A DNA stretch of 64,000 bases, from positions 19,108-83,107 of the forward strand of contig JAUCBJ010001560.1 of assembly GCA_032718475.1 (NCBI GenBank). Direction: 5' to 3'. Made by a program: the position numbers and the translations under genes. Shown here piece by piece: positions 51,744 to 61,556 of the stretch. This DNA is from Nemertoderma westbladi. Taxonomy: Eukaryota; Animalia; Xenacoelomorpha. Position 1 is the first letter of the stretch. Every line of letters begins with the position of its first letter. The notes below the pieces were generated by a model. The model was not told the origin of the DNA. It saw nothing but the letters and a program-made list of their open reading frames with translations, and ran no database searches.

Positions 51744-53842
51744 CTTCTGATCCCACGGCATGAGAATACTTCACGGAATTAAATTAATAAAAAATATTAT
51801 TAGCGCGTATTATAATAATTTAAATATCCCCTGATCAAAGCACCGTGGATGAATAGTCATATAAACATCCCGTAGTGCCAATCTCTCAACTTACTACATA
51901 ATTAATTTAATACGTTTAAATATAATTGTACATAGTAAGACTTTTACTATGCATTAACCCTATTGTAATATCTTTAACTAATTCCTATATAGTCGCTGCG
52001 CTCAAGACGAACGCTAGCATAAAGCCTCTATGGTGCTGCGACTAGTACCTCAGTAAATAGAGCAAAATCTAAATGAATTAGTAGATAATAAATAATTAAG
52101 GACAGCTAACTATACCTTTTCTAACATCAAGAACAACAATAACTGCATTAAGTTTTGGCATTGTAAGGAATACTTCTTGTTTTCTAGACAAGCCTCCTTA
52201 CATTACAGCATATCAGCCAAGAGCCAATAGCGTGTTAGAACAACAAATATCAGCTGATTGAGATGTGCTCTCGGTCTGTCAGTAGGAGACGTATGAACTT
52301 GCAAACATTTGACTGTTTGATTTGGTTTGATTGTTAATTAGATCTGTACTGCTGTACTGTACGGTACTCGTACTGCAACGTACCGTACACCGTAGGGTAG
52401 ATCAGTTGTAAGCCTCCTCGTCTAATGTATTGTCGTAGATTACGCAACTGCTGGCCTGGGCTGTGGGCAGTCTGGCAGTACAGCTTTACATTATTATTAA
52501 CTTGAACGATGCGATGTCTGGATGGTACATGGTAGTCGAGTGCAACGCAACAGCAACAGTGCAGGGCAGGGGTGCTCATGCAGTTCCGTACTATTGGCGG
52601 ATACGCGGATAAGGCTGTAAGTCGGTAGGCCCAGAGTATGGAGTAGGCCTACATCAGTACGGTTATGCCCGGGACCCGGCTAGTCCTCCTGCCAGCTTGC
52701 TAGTGGCACTTTACGAGTACAGGAGTAGGAGTAGGCATACATTACACCAACACCAGTAGGCCAAGCTGTACTACTATACTATACACTATAGGTCATCATC
52801 ACTCGTAGTTTGTCGTAGTCCTAATGACTGTTATAACCTAATCCATTTTGTGATATTATAATTTTCTGTGCGGAATGCAAAGATGAGCCGAGTATGAACA
52901 AATTCAGCACAGGTCTGCGTTTAATACAGCAATGTTGTGTCGGATATCGAATAGTCTTGTATTTGGTATTTCAGTTCCTACCTCCAGTACTTGGGGAATA
53001 ATCACACTCATTTGCGCACCACCCCAAACAGCCATCTTATGTTTATGTATGTTATGATTAATTTTTATTGACCACCGCTCACGCGCAAGGGTCTTGCCAG
53101 ATTCTTGGATTCATCTTTGTCATCAAAAGATGTAGAATCTGAGTGGAGCGAGAAACCTGCTTATACTGTAGCCGCGGAGATCATTCGATAAAACAGGATA
53201 TACCGCGAGGGCGAGCGGACATATTGACATACGTGTTACCAACATTCAACTAAATGGGTCATTTAGCCATGTAAATTACCATCAGACCATGTCAGAATGT
53301 GGCGGTGGCGGAAGAGTACACACATGGCGGTATATCGGTTTATTTATTATTGATTCTAACTATCGAATCTATTACATGTTGCATGTTTTTATAATACAAT
53401 GCCGGTACCGGTACGAGGTAAAACTTAACGAATTTGTTATTATTTCGTAAAATTATCTAAATTTTCATATCATATATTTCGACTTTTTTTATCCCCATTC
53501 ATTGCGGTATTATATTTACTTCTAGTAATTTCGACGCAAAATTAAAACGCTACATCAGAACATTGTATTGGCATTTATTGAGGTAACTCTAGGCGGATAC
53601 CAATTAGTTTGGTTAGGGTTAGCTGGTCAGTTTTATACCCTGCTGCCCTGATTAAAACAATAATGAAACCCTGATCCGAAATCTCAAAGCAGGCAAAATT
53701 TTTTGGACAAAGCACGCGAAATTTCTTGAAAAACATTTAATGGTTTTTAGGTTAACATTAATTTAAATTAGGGTTATAGTCGAAAATGATCCCTGCCTGA
53801 TCATTCTGGAATTTACTGATCTGTGAATTATAAAGTTTGAAT

Positions 53843-56800
53843 ATGTCTGGAAGCAGTGTTGTTGTGCCCATTGTACTTTGGGGAAAGAATCCGCCTACAC
53901 ATTGCGTTTCTACAATTATTATAACAAATGATCAGAAAACAATATGTACCGGTTCCCATGATGGCCAGTTACTTCTGTGGGATGTAAGTTAAGTTTTGAA
54001 TTTGTTATAGATAACGGTAATATAACGGATATATGTTACCGGTAATAACTCCTATTTTAGTTAGGTCATTCGCTACTATACAAAGACTTACCCTAATGGT
54101 ATCCTTAATGTCGATAAAATGTAAACTAAATATGTACCGGTCCGGTAGGTAGTGCCTCATTGTGTTAATGTAACATGAATATGGCCGTAAAATAAAATGG
54201 AAAAGGAAATGGCCGTAAGATAATATGGAGATAACCACAGTGTAAAATAGAAATAGCCGTAAAATAATATTACTTTGGCCTTACCGTATATATAAAAAAA
54301 AGAAAAAATACCAAAAGAAAGAGTTTTAGGAGCAACACCGAAACATTACGAGATTTTAATTTTTGTAGATTAATGGGCTGGACGTTAAGCCGCGTCTGCT
54401 ATTACTAGGACATTCCACCGCCATCAGCTGTTTGTCTAAAACTCCGGATTCCTCGTGCATATACAGCGCTTCGGAAAACGGGTAGGTCCTGTAAAGTGCT
54501 ACTTTACACAACATTAGGTTATATACATACAATTGTTATTACTATCCCACATAAATTATGTTTATAATGTCGGACAAAAAATGTTACCTCCTTTTTGTGA
54601 AGTAAACAGTTAACTGTTGGAATTTTTGTTTTAGATTCTTATAAAATTTTTAATTTAATTTATATTTCAAATTCAAATAGAGGAGAAGAGATGGGAGGGG
54701 GGTGATTCTTTAATATACGAGGTGATGGGGGAAATGAAAGCAGGTAGATATAACTATTTGACTTCAGTCTTATAATCCTTTGTTTTACACGACTAGGGAG
54801 ATCTGCCTTTGGGATGTATCTGACGGCCGCTGCATGCAGACCTCCAAGCAAGGCGGCGCCCACACTGGAATGGTCACTTTCTACACCCAACAGTCAAGTG
54901 GCTCGCCCCAGGGTGGACGTGAATTGAGATTACTCACCCACGGTGTCTACCCTGTACTCCAGGTACGTTACTATGGTTACTCACCCACGGTGTCTACCCT
55001 GTACTCCAGGTACGTTACTATGGTTACTCACCCACGGTGTCTACCCTGTACTCCAGGTACGTTACTATGGTTACTCACCCACGGTGTCTACCCTGTACTC
55101 CAGGTACGTTACTATGGTTACTCACCCACGGTGTCTACCCTGTACTCCAGGTACGTTACTATGGTTACTCACCCACGGTGTCTACCCTGTACTCCAGGTA
55201 CGTTACTATGGTTACTCACCCACGGTGTCTACCCTGTACTCCAGGTACGTTACTATGGTTACTCACCCACGGTGTCTACCATGTACTCCAGGTACGTTAC
55301 TATGGTTACTCATCCACGGTGTCTACCCTGTACTCCAGGTACGTTACTATGGTTACTCACCCACGGTGTCTACCCTGTACTCCAGGTACGTTACTATGGT
55401 TACTCACCCACGGTGTCTACCATGTACTCCAGGTACGTTACTATGGTTACTCATCCACGGTGTCTACCCTGTACTCCAGGTACGTTACTATGGTTACTCA
55501 TCCACGGTGTCTACTTGTAAACAGTAAGGCATATATCATTTACCGAAATTTCAGTCTTTATAAAACTTCCAAGGATACCTACATAAGTAACATTTAATTT
55601 AATTTAGATTAGAACCTCATGACCTAGGGTTTATGGTTCAATTACAACTTTAATTATTGCTTGTGACTGACCAACAAATTATAACCCCAAAAAAACGAAC
55701 CAATATCAGGATAAGTACTACTGATTAGGCACTTATCAAGATTGACCAACTAACTAAGCGGCAAAAGTTGCTTTATATTCTCTAAATTATTGCGAATATT
55801 ATTTTTGATTGTCTCAGTTGGTTGTTTCTTGATAAAGTTGCTAAAACGCCTTTAGAGCGAGTCGATTTTATGGTCACGTTGTCTGTGAAACTCTGATGAA
55901 ATGAGAAATTACTTAATTCGACGATGAGAAAAGTTCTTCATTCGAGATTGAATTGGAAAATCTCTGCGCTGCGCTGCTGATAGCAAAATAAATGGTCATA
56001 ATATGTCGACCGTCGAAAAGGTAAGGTAAAAGAAGCCAGGCTGTTATTATCTGGTTGAATTCATTGTAACATCGTCAATCATTCACCCAGAAGATGATAG
56101 ATGGAATACGGAATAGGTAATCTACTTCGGTTGAACTGGTTGGACAACGAAACCTCAGCGAAAACCGAACCTTGGATCGTAAACCTTGGAACGCGATCAG
56201 CCAGGCATCCATCGACGCACACACACCCGTGCATCCCCCGTGCCCCTGTCTACCATACCGAATCGGCACCTCACAATGTTCACACAAGGGTTCGACTCTC
56301 CCGACGCAAGTTCGAGGTAAACGGGAACGTTCGTCGCCGGCAGCTGGTGTAGCATTGAATCGGAGACCGAATGTTACGCGCTCAGTACAGCAGCTATCGC
56401 TAGGATGACGATTCAGTGGGCGGGAATCTAGCGCTCAGTGAACACATCGCAGATAACGGCTTCCCTCGCGTACCGAACCTGGGCTGGACAAAACGGAGCA
56501 GAAAAACGTATACCTGTATTCCAGTTTACCAACGAGAATACCCTCGGCTCAGCTAAGACCTGATGCGAAAAACTGTTTTTACGGAAGTATGTTGCTATCA
56601 CCTGGCGACGGGCCCCCACGGCCCGGGTGCCTGGTAAGTGGGGGGTTGTTGTGAGTTTTTAAAACTCTCAGGAATTCAGTGAAGTTTACCGAGGAGTTGA
56701 CCTTTAATACAGAAATAAATAGTAATGCAGTTAGATTGTTATTGAAATACGCTACAGATACAGAAAAGGTTGTTTTACTTCAGGTACAATAAATATAATA

Positions 56801-59800
56801 ATAGCTCCATATCTTACACATAGCTTACCTTGCTTACATATAATACTGCGCAATACAATACACAATTAAATTAGTTATAAAAAAATCAATAAATATTGCA
56901 TCCAAATTGGCTTTGAGCACTACTACTGCTGTTAGCTAATGAATTACTGAATTAAAATGTTAAGCGTTCGTTACCCGAGGGTTTCGTCCGACAATCGAAT
57001 ATCGGTTAACATCGACAATATCGACTTCATATCGGTGGTCATGTTCCGTGCCATATCGTTCTGCATTCCGATTACCTCTGCCATATCGGCTAATAGTTGC
57101 GCGTGATCCTCTTTCACCTTAGCCAACCTCTCCATTACGTTATCCTGGCGCCTCTCCAAGTTGTCCGCGGGTTCTGCTGACGGACTTCCGGGGACCTCGG
57201 GTTTACTTTTGCATTCACCGAACTCCACTCCCCAATCCTTCTCGACGTTCTCGATTTCTGTGCTGGTTTCTTTCATTTTCTTCTCGATTGCAGTAAATGA
57301 GCTCAACATATTCTCACTGTACTCGCTCAGGTTCTTCTGCACTTGCGTCATGGTGGAGTTTATACTGTCAGCTCCTCCTTCCGCCATTGTATTGTTGTCC
57401 CGGTGCCGGTAGTAATGATAGGGCTTCTGTATTTTGTTTATAGAACCGTTCCCTAACTCTATAGGTACGGTACTGCGTAAGCCAGTAAGCGACGGTAGCT
57501 CTTCCCATTCACTGAATCGGAATCCGCGAATTAGCCGGCCAAATTATCAAATAGCCATCTCCCGATATTACAGTATTAGACAGTAGTTCAGTAGTTATCG
57601 TATAATAAATAAAGGTGATACGTTTTATTATATTACTGTATTATCAGGGGGGCCTACCATATTGTACCAGTCAGTAGTGTACCGGTACATCGGTACATCA
57701 TAGACACTGTAGTTCAGAAACAGCCTGTGAAACGAACTGTATTACAGCAGACGGTTGTAAGTTTGTTATGGATGTCTGCTGTCTGCGTAACATTTACACA
57801 TTATTACGAGACAGGGAGTGACGAAAACCTCATATTGGCGAATTAATATTTCGTCTCCATGTTAATTTATGGAAATGTGCAGGTTACAGTGGCACATTAT
57901 TCTAACCAAAACAATAAACAAAAGTCAATAGAACAGTTTTTTATTTTTGAGAGTAATCAGTTCAATTTCAATTTCAATCCGGGAAGGCCCGGCCCTTTAT
58001 TTAATCTCACAGCAGACAATATTATGATGACAATACAATATTATACTTACAATTATCACGATTAACAATACAATGTCTTTCATCAATACACAAAATACAG
58101 ATATTATTACAACAGGATAAGTTTGAATGATATAAATTGAATTGCACCAACGGATTGCCGTAGCGAAGTGGCACCCGTTATGTGCTAAATAAATTGTACA
58201 CATATTATCTGGTGATTGGCGGGGTGCGGGGGATACTCGGTAGAATACATTTTCAGCGTGAATTTGTTTAATTTTAATGAGATATCATGAAAACGTGTTG
58301 TTGGTGTACTGGTGGTGGGGAAACTGACTTGACTTGTCGGATAAGATTCTATAAATACTTTGTTGTTATAACGTTATATATTATCTAGATAATGTTGTGA
58401 GTAATCAGAATTTCATCCATGAGGTTGCTTAGCTTGGACCAATAAATTAATTGGTCGACATAATCTATATCGATTATTTGAAAGCTATTATGTAACTTTT
58501 GGAGACAGGGGGGGGGGGGGGGGGGGGGGACTGGACGCAAAACCCGCCTTGGCGAATTAATATCCCGCCTCAATGTTAAATTCTCAATTTGGGAAAAGGA
58601 GCAGGTTACAGTGGCACGTTACTTTAACCAAAACAATAAACTAAGCACAATAGAACAGTTACAGTTTATTTTTCAGAATAATCAGCTGTTATTTGCGTCG
58701 AATTTCCCCTGGAGAGGGATTAATTTTTATTGCGTCCAGTTTATTTTTACTGGGTTTCTAGGCTATTGTGCATTTGCAGTGCAGTCATATATTATGGTGA
58801 TATTATTATTAAATCGCATCAGGGATCCCATTGAGAGACTGCTACGTGGAAATCAGAATGGGTTCCGTAAAGGTCGTGGGACCATGGAGCCCATTTTGGC
58901 ACTTAGAAGGATAATTGAAGAGTTATCAAAAAAGAAAGACAGGCATCTGGCTGTTATCTTTGTTGACTTCTTCAAGGCCTTTGATTCAGTCTCTCGCTCA
59001 CGTATGTTCAGCATACTTTCATTATATGGGATTCCTGATGAAATTATTGCAGCAATCAGATCAGTATACGATGGTTCAACAACATTTGTGTCTACTGTTG
59101 ACGGTGACACAGAACCATTTGAAGTGTTATGGGGCGTCCTCCAAGGAGACACACTTGCACCATTCTTGTTCATTATTGTGGTTGACTATGTTCTACGCAT
59201 GTCCTTAGATCATCATAATGATGATGGGGTGATGATAACTCCACCTACTGGCTCCAGAAGTCGAGGAAATCCTGCCAAGTACCTAACTGATCTAGACTTT
59301 GCTGATGACTTAGGAGTACTCTCAGAATCATTAGAGGGAGCCCAGCGGCTCCTCAGCTCATTAGAACATGCTGCTTCTAGTGTTGGTCTTTTTATTAACT
59401 CCAGAAAGACCAAAATTCTGACAGTTAACTTTGAAAGTCCTCAGCAAGTCTCTGATCGGATGAGCATAAGCTCAAAGGATGGTATGCTTGAGCATGTGGA
59501 CGACTTCTGTTACCTGGGATCATGGATCCGGAAGTCAGGTGAGGACCTTCGAATACGTAAGGGAAAGGCATGGGCAGCCTTGAATAGGCTTTCCAGGATT
59601 TGGAAGTCACCTAGAATTAATCGGAAACTTAAGGTCCGATTATTTAGAGCAGCAGTAGTTCCAGTACTCCTCTACGGGAGTCCATGCTGGGCTCTAACTG
59701 CTGAGGACACCAAATCTCTGGATGGCACATTCACAAGAATGCTACGCCGGGTACATTGTGTCAAGTACAATGCACACATCTCCAACCAGACACTATATAA

Positions 59801-61556
59801 CATTGGAGGTGTCTCATTGGTTCCCCCAAGCTTGACACTAGAACAAAATCGGCTCCGCTTTGCAGGACATTGCTTTCGCCGTGAGGACCAGCCAGTGCAT
59901 AATCTTGTACTTTGGCAGCCTCATGGAGTGAATAAGCATGGTGGACAACCCATGACTTTCTTGAGACGCATCTTAAAGGACACTGGCCTTGAAGATGCGG
60001 ATGATCTAGCAAATGTCATGGGTGATAGGGAGTTGTGGCGGTGCGATTTTGTCGATAAGCCGGCACAGCATTCTTAAAAATGCAGCTGCAATGCAGCATG
60101 CCGATCCTAGTAGTAGTATGGTGGGCCTAGCTACTAAGTGTAGTAAGTTGTGAAGTGTAGTTTATTTGCTTGTGTATATAGATGTTTGAGGTACTTCTAA
60201 ATGAAAAGTAGTCTGCCAAACCAGTGTCGATCCGATAATTTTATTGAACGTTATCACATTTGGCACCTGTTCGGCGTTTATCCGCCTTTCCTGGCAAATG
60301 TAAACGAAATTTCTCACATGTTTCAAACATTCATAATTTACAAGTTATTTATGAATTCACTGTGAATTTATATTGCAGGTATTGGACGGACTTTCTCTTT
60401 GTCTACTCTACCGTCTGGCTTCCCGTCTCTCACCTGATTGGATATCTTGCCTCACTGTATTTCGCCCTGTATCCATACAAGGTAAATAGATAGATAGAAA
60501 GATGACTTCCTCTCTCCTCCGTGTCATACTTTGTGTAAAGAACTAAAACACTAATAGAAGTAAAGGTTCTTAATTAAAATAGTAAAGCAATGTAACTATA
60601 ATAAAGTAATTATAAGTATATTGTTGACCATTACCTTATTTTGTAGAGGAGACAGTTATAGCTGTAACCAGCAGTGGAGTCCTCAAGGTGTGGTCATTGG
60701 CTGCTGCCCCTAGCAACGACGTTGTGTATGAGGAAGACTCCAGAGAACTACGATGTCTTAATGCCCAATGTATAGTATGCTGCCCCTTCAACCAACGTAC
60801 TGTTCTTGTCGTCTGTAATAAATATTGGCACGTTAGTAATAATATACGATATATTCCAAGGTTGTTTATTAAACAAAGGGACTTAAAATAATTACGGGTA
60901 GCATTAATTTTGAGAGACTGGTGTCCTTAGGTGTTATTGTATTATTACATTTTCCCACTTATATAAATTATTTTTTAATTTTATTGTATAATGCCATTTT
61001 TAGCAAATCTTGAAGTCGGATCTCTGGCCCTAGAGGTCGTGAGTTCGGGCCCCGCAAGGGGACGACCAGGACTACGACTTTTATGTTAATAAAGGCTGGT
61101 GCTTGTGCTGCTCTAGGTTGTATTTTATTGCACCCTATTGTACTTTATTTTAACTTTATTTTATTTATTAAGTTAAATAGTTATAATGTAGTCTTATTTT
61201 GTACTATTTGTCGTACTTAGTACATTGTGTTTTTTTTTCAACGTTACGATTCTATATTTCTCTGTTACTATGTGCGTTTTTTTCAATATGTAATTATTTA
61301 ATTTGGCGACAATAAATCTAATCTAATATAATCTAGACATACAATATTCCTCTATTATTATAGTTAGTATTTACTACAGTAGAATTTATACTGGGTCTAT
61401 AACTTTACAGATATATGACGCCACCGATTACTCTTTACTATGTTCCGTCAGCCACACACAGGGGCAGCGTTGGGCCGGTGGTCATTTTATTGCCAAAGAT
61501 GAGGTGATTGTTTGGACCGGCGAAGGTGTAGGGTATCTCTACAGAGTTCCATCAAA
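53843..61556 (+). CDS. WDR7: WD repeat protein 7 (rabconnectin-3 beta), 5' part. Exons 53843-53983, 54369-54481, 54797-54962, 60379-60481, 60647-60831, 61411-61556; continues past the window
   Basis: All junctions are GT-AG and phase-consistent. The spliced protein MSGSSVVVPIVLWGKNPPTHCVS...GHSTAISCLSK...SASENGEICLWDVSDGRC...RLLTHGVYP...SPDWIS...GVLKVW...QRTVLVVCNKYW...DYSLLCS...VWT is colinear with the WDR7 N-terminus (VLPIVLWGRKAPTHCIS...). Confidence 0.93.
54930..55514 (+). repeat. 47-bp array, ~12.4 copies, made of the WDR7 exon 3 end plus its donor
   Basis: Unit TTACTCACCCACGGTGTCTACCCTGTACTCCAG|GTACGTTACTATGG (33 nt exon + 14 nt intron). Confidence 0.96.
56971..57387 (-). CDS. Nested antisense intronless 138-aa coiled-coil protein, SKA2-like (tentative)
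   Basis: ATG in a good context (CAATGG), GC-richer than its flanks, AATAAA-poor but T-rich 3' flank. Helix spacing (IEKKMKETSTEIENVE...EF...NVMERLAKVKEDHAQL...Q) resembles spindle/kinetochore protein SKA2. Confidence 0.6.
   Translation of the reverse strand: MAEGGADSINSTMTQVQKNLSEYSENMLSSFTAIEKKMKETSTEIENVEKDWGVEFGECKSKPEVPGSPSAEPADNLERRQDNVMERLAKVKEDHAQLLADMAEVIGMQNDMARNMTTDMKSILSMLTDIRLSDETLG
58800..60116 (+). mobile_element. RTE LINE, 5'-truncated with an intact RT reading frame (copy 4), in WDR7 intron 3
   Basis: Open from LLNRIRDPIERLLRGNQNGFR to the stop at 60077; (TAG)n tail; 7-bp TSD TATGGTG (58793-58799 and 60117-60123). Confidence 0.95.

Noticed and set aside
58611-58799. N-terminal extension of the 488-aa RT ORF
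   Set aside because: It lies outside the TSD-defined LINE boundary and comes from flanking repeat sequence with a GTG start.
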